A stretch of 64,000 nucleotides of DNA from an uncultured Fibrobacterota bacterium (GTDB taxonomy: Bacteria; Fibrobacterota; Chitinivibrionia; Chitinivibrionales; FEN-1185): assembly GCA_963729895.1 (NCBI GenBank), contig CAVSQB010000011.1, forward strand, positions 64,001 through 128,000. The letters are read 5' to 3'. Positions within the stretch are counted from its first letter, which is position 1; every line of letters starts with the position of its first letter. The position numbers and the translations under genes were made by a program. Under the pieces are notes generated by a model, which did not search any database, was not told the DNA's origin, and saw nothing but the letters and a program-made list of their open reading frames with translations. Below are positions 29,660 to 38,948 of this stretch, piece by piece.

Positions 29660-30925
29660 GTGTTCATAATGAAAGATGTTTTCATGAAATTCGTCTCGAG
29701 AAATCTGACCAATGCAGTGGGGTCCCTTGCCTTGCTGGCGCACTCTTCCGTGGCCCAATGGGTGCATACAAACGGGCCGTGGAGCAGCATTTCCTGCCAG
29801 CAATGCCATTACGCCACCGCACTTGCAGCGAGCAACGGCAAGGTCTTTGCCGGAACGTATGCGGGCGCCGTTTTCGCCTCTCTTGACAGCGGCGCAAGTT
29901 GGAACGTGGTGGATTCCGGGCTCACCAACGACAGTATTCTCTCCCTTGCGGCGAGCGGAAGCTCCGTCTTTGCCGGTACGCGGGGCGGCGTATTCCTTTC
30001 CACAAGCGGAACGGGCTGGACCGCGGCCAATTCCGGGCTCGCAAACACCACGGTCTCCTCTCTTGGCGTGAGCGGCGACACCATATTTGCCGGCACTCAC
30101 GCCGGCGTCTTTTTGTCCGCCACGGACTGCAAAAGCTGGATAGGCGTCAATTCCGGGCTGACAAATACCGTCGTCCTTTCTCTTGCAGCGAGCGGCCGCA
30201 CTGTTTTTGCCGGGACCTGCGGCGGAGGCGTTTTCCTTTCCGCAAACGGCGGCGCGAGCTGGAGCGCGGTCAATTCCGGGCTGGCCAATGACAGTGTCCT
30301 TTGTTTTGCGATTGTCGGCAACACTATTTTTGCCGGGACTCACGGCGGAGGCATCTTCCTTTCGGCAAGCGGCGGCGCCAGCTGGAGCGCGGTCAATTCC
30401 GGGCTTACCAATGACAGTGTGCTTTGTTTTGCGACTGTCGGCGATACCATTTTTGCCGGCACTCATGGCAGCGGTATCTTCCTTTCGGCAAGCGGCGGCG
30501 CGAGCTGGACTGCGGTCAATTCCGGGCTTACCAATACCGTTGTCACGTCTCTTGCCATAAGCGGCGGAACCCTCTTCGCAGGAACCGATGGCGGCGTCTG
30601 GAAAAGGCCGCTTTCGGAAATGGCAGGGGGGGCCGGTGTGGAATCGCCAGCTGAGCCGCTCAGACCGTCCGGATTCGACCTGACTGTTCCGAGCCGGTCC
30701 GATCATACTGTGGCGATCAGTTTCGCGCTTCTGAGCCCCGGACCGGTGTCTGTAAAGATTTACACTTCTTCCGGCCGTGAAATAGCTTCTCTTGTCAACC
30801 GTAACCTCGGATCGGGTTTCCACAGGTTACTCTGGAACACCCGGGAAGCGTCAAGCGGGTGCTACGCCGTGACGATGCAGGCAGGACCGGCTGTTTTTGC
30901 AAAGAGCGTCGTGATTATCCGCTGA
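29660..30925 (+). CDS. secreted BNR/Asp-box beta-propeller protein with C-terminal T9SS-CTD/FlgD-like domain
   Basis: Tandem ~41-aa repeats 'FAGT.GG.FLS..GGASW.AVNSGL'; C-terminus 'VKIYTSSGREIASL...SSGCYAV'; start may be 29684. Confidence 0.8.
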   Translation: MFIMKDVFMKFVSRNLTNAVGSLALLAHSSVAQWVHTNGPWSSISCQQCHYATALAASNGKVFAGTYAGAVFASLDSGASWNVVDSGLTNDSILSLAASGSSVFAGTRGGVFLSTSGTGWTAANSGLANTTVSSLGVSGDTIFAGTHAGVFLSATDCKSWIGVNSGLTNTVVLSLAASGRTVFAGTCGGGVFLSANGGASWSAVNSGLANDSVLCFAIVGNTIFAGTHGGGIFLSASGGASWSAVNSGLTNDSVLCFATVGDTIFAGTHGSGIFLSASGGASWTAVNSGLTNTVVTSLAISGGTLFAGTDGGVWKRPLSEMAGGAGVESPAEPLRPSGFDLTVPSRSDHTVAISFALLSPGPVSVKIYTSSGREIASLVNRNLGSGFHRLLWNTREASSGCYAVTMQAGPAVFAKSVVIIR

Positions 30926-30960
30926 TTGAAGGACCATGCAGCAAGCTGCGCGGAAAAGGC
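30925..30960 (+). repeat. truncated copy of the 28566 repeat unit
   Basis: ATTGAAGGACCATGCAGCAAGCTGCGCGGAAAAGGC, 32/36 identical to 28566-28601. Confidence 0.7.
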
Positions 30961-31131
30961 CATTGCGCTCACGGGTGATCGCGCATCTGTCACTCCTCAA
31001 ACCCCGCATCCCTCCACTTTTTCTATTTCTTCGAAACCGGGCCTGAAATCATTTATTTTCCGATTTGGCGCGGTTTCCCTTCGTTTCGCTCCGATCAGCC
31101 GGAATCGCCCGCACACCTTCGAGGAAAAACC

Positions 31132-32070
31132 GTGGGAATCATTGTCAATAGTTCTGCCGTCGACTGGTCGTCGTTTGTAGGCAGGGACCTCGGAAACGTC
31201 ACCATCATCCGTGAACTCGGCCGGGGCGTGATGGGAGTTGTATTTGTGGGATACCAGAAGACGCTGAAGCGCCAGGTTGCGGTCAAGGTACTTGTGAAAG
31301 ACGCGGGCTCGGGCCAATTGGCGAGCGATCTTTTCCGGGACGAGGGAGAAATGGTGGCCGTGCTTGCTCATCCGAACATCATTCCCATTTTTGAAATGGG
31401 CGAGACCGACGACTGTTTCTTCCAGGTAATGCAGCTTGTGGACGGTACCGACCTGCGTACCACGCTCAGGAGGCTTGCCAAGCACCCGGTCCCGGCCAAG
31501 CGCCTGATGCCGCTTTCCGAAACAATCGACTTCATGGTGCAAATGCTTGACGCGCTCGGCTATGCGCATGAGGAAGGCGTGATTCACCAGGACATAAAGC
31601 CCGCTAACATTCTTATCGAGAATCGGGGAAAACGCCCGCTTGTCGCGGACTTTGGGATAGCGCGCGCGCTCGCCGGCGAGTACAAATCGGAAGGCCTGGT
31701 GGTGGGTACGCCGCTGTACATGTCGCCGGAACAGGTTGTCGGCAAGGTGACCGACGGCCGCGCCGACATATACTCGGCCGGCGTGATCCTGTTTGAGATG
31801 ACCGCCGGGACCCTTCCGGTGCGTCCTGCGGGGACCACCGAACAGATCCTTGCGCGGAAAAAGAATGCACCGGACACCTTTTTCACCGCAAAGCCGAGCG
31901 AGGTTTCGCCGCTTGTCAACGCACCGCTCGAACGCATCATTCTCAAGGCCATCGCGCCGGCCATGGAATGGCGCTACGAAACCTGCAAGGCCTTTATTGA
32001 AGACCTCAAGAAATACCGCAGCGTTTTCCTTGCAGGGCCGGAAGGTTCACCCGGAGGATCGGCCGGATGA
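31132..32070 (+). CDS. Hanks-type Ser/Thr protein kinase (kinase domain only)
   Basis: 'LGRGVMG', 'VAVK', 'HQDIKPAN', 'DFG', 'GTPLYMSPE', 'DIYSAG'. Confidence 0.93.
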   Translation: MGIIVNSSAVDWSSFVGRDLGNVTIIRELGRGVMGVVFVGYQKTLKRQVAVKVLVKDAGSGQLASDLFRDEGEMVAVLAHPNIIPIFEMGETDDCFFQVMQLVDGTDLRTTLRRLAKHPVPAKRLMPLSETIDFMVQMLDALGYAHEEGVIHQDIKPANILIENRGKRPLVADFGIARALAGEYKSEGLVVGTPLYMSPEQVVGKVTDGRADIYSAGVILFEMTAGTLPVRPAGTTEQILARKKNAPDTFFTAKPSEVSPLVNAPLERIILKAIAPAMEWRYETCKAFIEDLKKYRSVFLAGPEGSPGGSAG

Positions 32071-34208
32071 AAAAGGAACAGCCCGCCGTTGGGGAACATG
32101 TCGACCAGAAGCACGCCGAAACGCTCGCGCGCCTCTTTAATATCGCGTACAACGGTGCGGTCCTCTACGGCGGCGCCCACCAGACCACCGCGGACAGCGC
32201 GGTCCCGCTTTTGAATTATCTCAGCCGGCTGATTACCGGGGAGTTCATGGTGTCGATACTTGCCGAACGCGATTCTGTCTACATAGAGAATTTTTGCGTC
32301 GACAAGATCATCAACGCTCGCCGGCTCCTGCTGCATTTCCGGAAGGTGGGCCTGCAGTCGATCACGTTTTCCAAAGACGTGACGCTCGACAGCGTCAGGT
32401 CGCTGCTGAAGATCCTGAGCGACCTGCAGGCGTATCCGAACGCCGAGGCAATGCAAAAAGGCCTTACCGTCGCGGGGTGTGAAGGGATCAGGCTCAATTA
32501 CGTGGTGTACCGGAAGATGACGACGGATGACGCGGTTGTCAACAAGGACGCGGCTTCCCAGATCCCGGAGCCGCCGCAGGACACCTCGGTGGCGCGGCAG
32601 GTGATTGATGGGCTGTCCGAAGTGATGGCCGCCAAACAAGCCGTGGACGGCCCCGCAGCCGTCGGGCAGGCCGCGGCGGGCGCGTCCGGGGCGGAAGACA
32701 CCCGCCTTTCCGAGCTGCTCGACCGGCTGCGGACGATGTATGGTCGGAGCAAGGACAGCCCTTTGGACGGGGGAGGCATGAGCGGCCGCGAGATGGTAGA
32801 CGCGGTTGTCAAGCTCAATAAGGAGGTTGCGGACAACCTGGACGTGATCAGGAAGACGCACCATCTCAACGAGGCGGACAACCTCGTGATCGGCGAGATT
32901 GACGCGATGAGCCACGAAGTGGTGCTGCGCCTCTTGTGCGAAGAGTACAAAGCCGGCGGCGTTTCCACGCGCCGCCTTGCCCAGATCACGCGGCGCATGA
33001 TGCCCGATGTCAAGGAACTGAAGCGGATGCTGCCGCGGCTCAAAGTGGCGCTGCTGAAAGAGGGAATGCCGCAGGCGGACTACCTTGCGTTCGTGACTGA
33101 GATCCTCAAGGACCTGGAATCGGACGGGCTGTCGGGCGTATTCGAGCCGGCCGTCAAGGAAATGGGCATTTCGATGGACGAGCTGGTGGAGTCGATACGC
33201 GCCGATCCGGCCGACGCGGCGCGCCTGATTGTGCTGGCATCGGAGATACGGAAATCCTCGAAGCAGGACGACACGCAGCTTTCAACGCTGCTCACCGACT
33301 ACATCGAGAAGGTGAGCCGGTCGCTCACCCTGGATTCCAAAGACGTTGCCCAGAAAGACGGGATACATCTGCTCAAGTCGACCATCGGCAAGATCGAGGC
33401 CGACCTCGTGGAGAGGCTCAAAAACCACGGGATCCCCCAGCCCGTGCTCGACCGAGCGTCGCAGATGCTCCGGTCGCGGCTCGACGGGACGGTAAACGGG
33501 GCGCGGCGGGAATGGGCAAACCGTTTTGTCGCCTCCCTGGGGGATCTTGACGAAACGGAGTTGCTGCTGATGTTTAGGGACCTGCACCAAAATGAAAACG
33601 ACACGGCCGTGCTGCGCGAGCCGTTTGTCTCGCTGTTGAAGGAGAAGAACCGCTCCGAGGAGCAGATTGCCCAGTTCTTCGACAAAGCCAGGGTTGCGCA
33701 GGCGAAACAACAGCAAGAACTGCCCAAAGGCGTGTTGAACGTCAACGCGACCCTTTACTTCCTGGAAAGAGAGATAAAACGCCACCAGCGGTACAATACG
33801 CCGTTCAGCTCCGTGATCGTCACCGTGCCGGCGGTGAGCCCCACGCCGGGCGCTCTGCGGAGCGCGGGGGAACGGGAGCACAGGAACCTCATGCCGCAGA
33901 TTCTTGTGCATTTGCGGCGGGTATTGCGCGACCTGGACATCGTTGGTTCGCTGGGCCTGGTGTCGGGCGACGTGCCGTTTATCGTGCTGCCGATGACCGA
34001 AGGGCCCGGGGCCGCAACGGTGGTTGAGCGTTTGAAGCGGGAGCTTGGCGCCAAGGTCTTCGAGTGCGACGGCGAGCGGATCAACGGCGTGTTCGCGATT
34101 TCGCATTCGTCATTTGACAAAACAAAAATGACGGGATACCGCTCCTTTCTCGAACTGGCGCTGAGCCTTCACCGGAAGCAGGAAAAAGAAGTGGCGGGCG
34201 CGGCATGA
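32067..34208 (+). CDS. helical protein with C-terminal degenerate GGDEF-like domain
   Basis: 'EREIKRHQRYNTPFS', 'LRDLDIVG', 'IVLPMT..GA..VVERL'; no GG(D/E)EF; ATGA overlap with kinase. Confidence 0.65.
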   Translation: MKKEQPAVGEHVDQKHAETLARLFNIAYNGAVLYGGAHQTTADSAVPLLNYLSRLITGEFMVSILAERDSVYIENFCVDKIINARRLLLHFRKVGLQSITFSKDVTLDSVRSLLKILSDLQAYPNAEAMQKGLTVAGCEGIRLNYVVYRKMTTDDAVVNKDAASQIPEPPQDTSVARQVIDGLSEVMAAKQAVDGPAAVGQAAAGASGAEDTRLSELLDRLRTMYGRSKDSPLDGGGMSGREMVDAVVKLNKEVADNLDVIRKTHHLNEADNLVIGEIDAMSHEVVLRLLCEEYKAGGVSTRRLAQITRRMMPDVKELKRMLPRLKVALLKEGMPQADYLAFVTEILKDLESDGLSGVFEPAVKEMGISMDELVESIRADPADAARLIVLASEIRKSSKQDDTQLSTLLTDYIEKVSRSLTLDSKDVAQKDGIHLLKSTIGKIEADLVERLKNHGIPQPVLDRASQMLRSRLDGTVNGARREWANRFVASLGDLDETELLLMFRDLHQNENDTAVLREPFVSLLKEKNRSEEQIAQFFDKARVAQAKQQQELPKGVLNVNATLYFLEREIKRHQRYNTPFSSVIVTVPAVSPTPGALRSAGEREHRNLMPQILVHLRRVLRDLDIVGSLGLVSGDVPFIVLPMTEGPGAATVVERLKRELGAKVFECDGERINGVFAISHSSFDKTKMTGYRSFLELALSLHRKQEKEVAGAA

Positions 34209-34276
34209 TTGCGCCGCGCGGGTTCCGCTGCCTTCGGCCGGAATGTACGGACGGGAAAAACGGCGGAGGAAAAAAA

Positions 34277-34367
34277 CGGAGGGGATAGGATTCGAACCTA
34301 CGGTAGCGGTATTAACCACTACGACGGTTTAGCAAACCGTTGCCTTCAGCCACTCGGCCACCCCTCC
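34277..34367 (-). tRNA. tRNA-Ser(GCT)
   Basis: Minus strand acceptor GGAGGGG/CCCCTCC; anticodon arm ACGGT-TTGCTAA-ACCGT; long variable arm; GGTTCGAATCC; CCA not encoded. Confidence 0.95.
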
Positions 34368-34797
34368 AACAATAGCGTAACTTATTGGAGTCAATAGTGT
34401 TGTAATTTGTTGTTAAACCTGCTTATCAGGTCTTCTTGATACGTCTGCCTCAAATAACGTCAGTAAATTCTATCGCTATTTTTCGTCCGTAAAAATACAT
34501 AAAGGGGATGGTTATAGGAAGAAAAAGTGAACTGCACTATGATAATGACGGATGATTATGAGCCACAAACCATGTGGTCTTTTTACTTTGGGAAGTTCCC
34601 GTGGAAACGGCACAAAGAAGCGAAAACGAGTTCTTCGCGCTACGATATTCCAAGAGATATCCGTATTGCCTTGTGTTCCTATGCGCATAGTGCTATACTT
34701 GCAGATACTGGCCTAGCAGCTTGCCTGCAACGACTGAGTTTGTCAATTTTCTGGTGGTGGAAGTGCCGACGATTAACGGGAACAAGAACGGAACGCA

Positions 34798-34948
34798 ATG
34801 AACTACCCCGCAGGAAGCTGCGAGGTATCCAGAATCTACAACTCACCTCTTGATCCCCTCTCTTGAAAGAGAGGGGAAACCGAGCGAAGCGAGGAGGGGT
34901 GAGTTGAAGTCGAAGCAAGCTTCGAGGAATTATACCCACTGTGATTAA
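34798..34948. mobile_element. short non-coding element with IS200/IS605-like hairpin ends, containing a nested palindromic element
   Basis: Left end GAACTACCCCGCAGGAAGCTGCGAGG; right hairpin TCGAAGCAAGCTTCGA; inner CAACTCACC...GGTGAGTTG at 34839-34906. Confidence 0.55.
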
Positions 34949-34961
34949 CAAAGGCCACGCT

Positions 34962-37900
34962 ATGAGCACCAAGACACCATGCGCCACAACGATCCTTGTG
35001 GTGGAAGACGACGAACTGCTCAACAAATCAATCCGCACATTGCTTAACAAGGCAGGAATGACGTGCGAGGGGTTCTTTACCGGCGAGACGGCGCTGGAGC
35101 GGGTGTTTGAGTCGCCGGACAACGTGCTTTTGCTGCTCGATTATTCCCTGTCGGACCTCACGGCAAAGGAGGTCGTGGAGAAGGTGCGCGGCCGCGGCCT
35201 CGAAATACCGTTTGTCATTATCACCGGTCACGGCGACGAAGCGCTCGCCGTTGAATTGATGAAGCTCGGGGCGGTCGACTATATCACCAAGACCATTCAG
35301 TTTCACGAACTCCTGCCCGCAAAAATAAAGCACGCGTGCCGGGAAATAGAAGACCGGAAAAAGCTTGCCGAGGCGGAAGCCGCGGTCCAACAGGCGGCAC
35401 GGCAGGTGATAGCCTCCGAAAGCAGGTATCGGCGGCTTTTTGAATCGGCCCAGGAGGGCATCCTGATCCTTGATTACGCCACCGGGCTGGTTATTGGCGT
35501 CAACCCGTTCCTTTGCGATCTGCTTGGCAACCCCAGGCAGCATTTTCTCGGAAAGCATTTCTGGCAATTGGGCGTATTCAAAGACATCGCGGCATCCAAG
35601 GAATCTTTTGTCGAACTGCAGAAGAAAAAGTACGTCCGCTATGAAGACCTGCCGCTCAAAACGTCCGACGGACGGGGAATCGAGGTGGAATTTGTTTCCA
35701 ATGTGTATCTGGTTGACGGCAAGGAAGTGATCCAGTGCAATATGCGCGACATCACCATGCGCAAGAAAGCAGAGGAGTCATTAAAGAGGAGCGAAGCCCA
35801 ACTCCGCGCCGTCCTCGATACGGCGCCGTTTCCCGTTGCCATGGTCGACTCAAATTACGACAAAATTCTCTTCTGGAGCAGCAGCGCGCTCGCGCTTTTC
35901 GGCCACACAGCACCGACCTCAGCGGAGTGGTACAAGATAGCATACCCTGACCCACAGTACCGGCAGGAGGTGGTGAACCGGTGGAAACCGTTTGTGGAGG
36001 AGGCGCGGTCGACCGGCGAAGCGGTCAATGCCGGGGAGTATCGGGTGATGTGCAGCAACGGGTCGGTGCGTGTTTGCGAGCTTTTCGCTTCTTTCGTGGC
36101 AGATAATCTGGTTGTAACGTTCAATGACATCACCGAGCGCAAGCAGGTCGAGAGCGCGCTGCGCGAGAGCGAGGAAAAATTCAGAAACCTCTTCAACAAC
36201 GCTGAAGTGGGAATGTTCCGGACCCGTCTCGACGGGTCGATGTTTCTGGACTTGAACGAAAAGTACGTATCCATACTCGGCGGAACACGCGAGGAGCTAC
36301 TTGGCAGTTCATCGGCTGACTTCTGGGGCGACCCGGATGCGCGGGAAGAAATGGTCAGGACACTCAAGGCAAAGGGTCATGTTGAAAACCTGGAGTTCAG
36401 GCTGGTGCGAAAAGACGGCAAAATCATTGACTGCGTAACGTCCGTAAGGCTCAATCCGGAACAGGGAGTTCTGGAAGGGTCGCTAATTGACATCACCGAC
36501 CGCAAGCGTGCGCATGAGGAACTGCGCGAGAGCGACGAAAAATACCGGAGCCTTGTGGACGGTGCCAACGAGGCCATTCTCGTGGTGCAGGACGGCATGC
36601 TCAGATTCGTCAACCGCAAGGCAGTGGAAATCGCGGGCTATTCGGAAGCGGACCTTACGGGAAGACCTTTTTCGGAATTTGTATTTCCCGATGATCTGCA
36701 GATGGTGGCGGAAAATTATGTGAAACGGATAAAGGGCGACCCTGCGCCATCGAGATATGAATTCCGGCTGCTGGCTGCTGACAAAGGCGCCAGATGGGTG
36801 GAAATAAACGCGGTCCTTATTGATTGGAACGGCAAGCCCGCCACACTGAATTTCCTCACCAACATCACGGAGCGCAAGCGGGTGGAGGAGGATCTAAAGA
36901 CCAGTAAGGAACAATTGTCACAAGCCCTTGACATTGCCCGTCTTGGCCCTTGGGAATATGACGTGCCCAAGGATCTTTTCACCTTCAATGACAATTTTTA
37001 CAGGATGTTTCGCACTTCGGCGGCACAGGTAGGCGGTTATTCGATGTCGTCCGCCGAATATGCGCGGCGCTTCGTCCATCCGGACGACAGACTGATGGTA
37101 GGCGAAGAAGTCCGGAAAGCAATCGAAGCGACCGATCCGAATTTCAGCCGTCAACTGGAACATCGTATACTGTATGCCGACGGAACGGAAGGCTATATAA
37201 GCGTCCGCTTCTTTATTATCAAGAACGCTCAAGGTCAAACGGTCAGGACGCACGGGGTTAACCAGGACAGCACCGATCGCAAGCAGGCCGAGACAGCGCT
37301 GCGCGAGAGCGAGGAGCGATATCGCACGCTATTCGATGACGCCAAGGATGGTATCGCGCTTGCCGATTCCGAAACAGGAAAAATAGTCGAGTGCAACCAG
37401 GCATTGTGCACCATGGTTGGCATGGACAAAACGGAACTTGTCGGGCAGATGCAGTCGATCATTCATCCGCCGCAGAATCTTGTCAGAGGACAATCGGCGG
37501 CATTTGTGCGGCACAAAACAGGCGATGCGGGTATTACAGTCGAAGACCAGATCATTTCCAAAACCGGTACATTGACGCCGGTGGAAATCAGGGCCGCGCG
37601 GGTCAGCATGAACAACCGCGACTACATGCTGGGCATCTTCCGGGACATCTCCGAGCGCAAGAAGCATCAAACCGAGAAGGATGTTCTCCAGAACCAGCTT
37701 CTCCAGGCCCAGAAAATGGAAGCAATAGGCGTGTTGGCCGGCGGCGTCGCTCACGATTTCAACAACCTGCTCACCGCAATTTCCGGGTACACCACCATGG
37801 CCATGGGAAAAATAGACGAATCCGATCCCGTGCAACGGGACCTGAAACAAGTGAGCATCGCGGCAACAAAGGCCGCAGGCGTCACGCGCCAGCTCCTTCT

Positions 37901-38858
37901 TTTCAGCAGGAAACAGCACATGGATCCGGTGCCTATGGACCTTAACGCCACCATCAGCCGCATGCTCAAAATGCTCGAAAGGATCATCGGGGAGGACATC
38001 GTCATTGAGACCGGCCTGGGACCGGACATCCGGCGTATTGTGGGCGATGAGGGTAATATCGAGCAGGTGCTCATGAACCTGTCGGTAAACGCAAGGGACG
38101 CAATGCCGGGAGGCGGGAAACTATTCATCAAGACCGAGAATGTAACTATGGATGACGGCAACTGCCGCAGGAACAAAACGGCGCGTCCCGGGCGCTTTGT
38201 CTGCCTGTCGATATCGGACACCGGCACAGGCATGGACGAGCTGACGCAGCAGCACATTTTCGAGCCGTTTTTCACTACCAAGCCGGAGGGCAAGGGAACA
38301 GGGCTCGGATTGTCCGTGGTGTTCGGCATCGTCGAGCAGCACCAGGGCTGGATAAACGTTTACAGCGAACCGGGTCACGGTACCACGTTCAAAGTTTACT
38401 TTCCGTCTTCATCAGCCACGCCCAAACAAATAACCGTGGAGGAGGCCTCCATAGCTTCGTTGGAGGGAAAAGGCGAGCGCATCATGGTCGTTGAGGACCA
38501 GTCCCAGGTGCGTGCCATCGCAAAGGAAATACTGTCGACAAACGGCTATTCGGTGTTCCCGGTTGCAAGCGCGCAAGAGGCGAAGGACCTGTTCGAAAGG
38601 GAAAGCGGTAAATTCGACCTGGTGTTCAGCGATGTCGTTCTTCCCGATACGTCGGGGGTGTTGCTGGTGCAGGATCTGCTTACGCGCGGGAAATTCGGCG
38701 TTATCATCACGAGCGGCTACACGGATGAAAAAGCGAACTGGGAATTTATAAAGGAGAACAACTTCCGCTTTTTGCACAAGCCGTATGCCGTGGGCGATCT
38801 TTTGCAGGCGGTGAAGGAAGTGCTGGGGAAAAGAAAAGTTGAAAAGTTGAATGGTTGA
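34962..38858 (+). CDS. cytoplasmic hybrid histidine kinase (REC, multiple PAS, HisKA-HATPase, REC)
   Basis: N- and C-terminal receiver domains; repeated 'DITERK'-type PAC ends; 'AHDFNNLL', 'NARDAM', 'GTGLGL'. Confidence 0.93.
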   Translation: MSTKTPCATTILVVEDDELLNKSIRTLLNKAGMTCEGFFTGETALERVFESPDNVLLLLDYSLSDLTAKEVVEKVRGRGLEIPFVIITGHGDEALAVELMKLGAVDYITKTIQFHELLPAKIKHACREIEDRKKLAEAEAAVQQAARQVIASESRYRRLFESAQEGILILDYATGLVIGVNPFLCDLLGNPRQHFLGKHFWQLGVFKDIAASKESFVELQKKKYVRYEDLPLKTSDGRGIEVEFVSNVYLVDGKEVIQCNMRDITMRKKAEESLKRSEAQLRAVLDTAPFPVAMVDSNYDKILFWSSSALALFGHTAPTSAEWYKIAYPDPQYRQEVVNRWKPFVEEARSTGEAVNAGEYRVMCSNGSVRVCELFASFVADNLVVTFNDITERKQVESALRESEEKFRNLFNNAEVGMFRTRLDGSMFLDLNEKYVSILGGTREELLGSSSADFWGDPDAREEMVRTLKAKGHVENLEFRLVRKDGKIIDCVTSVRLNPEQGVLEGSLIDITDRKRAHEELRESDEKYRSLVDGANEAILVVQDGMLRFVNRKAVEIAGYSEADLTGRPFSEFVFPDDLQMVAENYVKRIKGDPAPSRYEFRLLAADKGARWVEINAVLIDWNGKPATLNFLTNITERKRVEEDLKTSKEQLSQALDIARLGPWEYDVPKDLFTFNDNFYRMFRTSAAQVGGYSMSSAEYARRFVHPDDRLMVGEEVRKAIEATDPNFSRQLEHRILYADGTEGYISVRFFIIKNAQGQTVRTHGVNQDSTDRKQAETALRESEERYRTLFDDAKDGIALADSETGKIVECNQALCTMVGMDKTELVGQMQSIIHPPQNLVRGQSAAFVRHKTGDAGITVEDQIISKTGTLTPVEIRAARVSMNNRDYMLGIFRDISERKKHQTEKDVLQNQLLQAQKMEAIGVLAGGVAHDFNNLLTAISGYTTMAMGKIDESDPVQRDLKQVSIAATKAAGVTRQLLLFSRKQHMDPVPMDLNATISRMLKMLERIIGEDIVIETGLGPDIRRIVGDEGNIEQVLMNLSVNARDAMPGGGKLFIKTENVTMDDGNCRRNKTARPGRFVCLSISDTGTGMDELTQQHIFEPFFTTKPEGKGTGLGLSVVFGIVEQHQGWINVYSEPGHGTTFKVYFPSSSATPKQITVEEASIASLEGKGERIMVVEDQSQVRAIAKEILSTNGYSVFPVASAQEAKDLFERESGKFDLVFSDVVLPDTSGVLLVQDLLTRGKFGVIITSGYTDEKANWEFIKENNFRFLHKPYAVGDLLQAVKEVLGKRKVEKLNG

Positions 38859-38948
38859 AAGCAATAAAGGGAAGCCCATCTCTCCTTTGTTTGTAAAGGT
38901 GAATAAAATGAACAAATCAAAAGTGCTCAATGCGGATGGGATGCTGAG

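Noticed and set aside
29880..30560. CRISPR array
   Set aside because: The repeats are in-frame protein repeats without unique spacers; no cas genes
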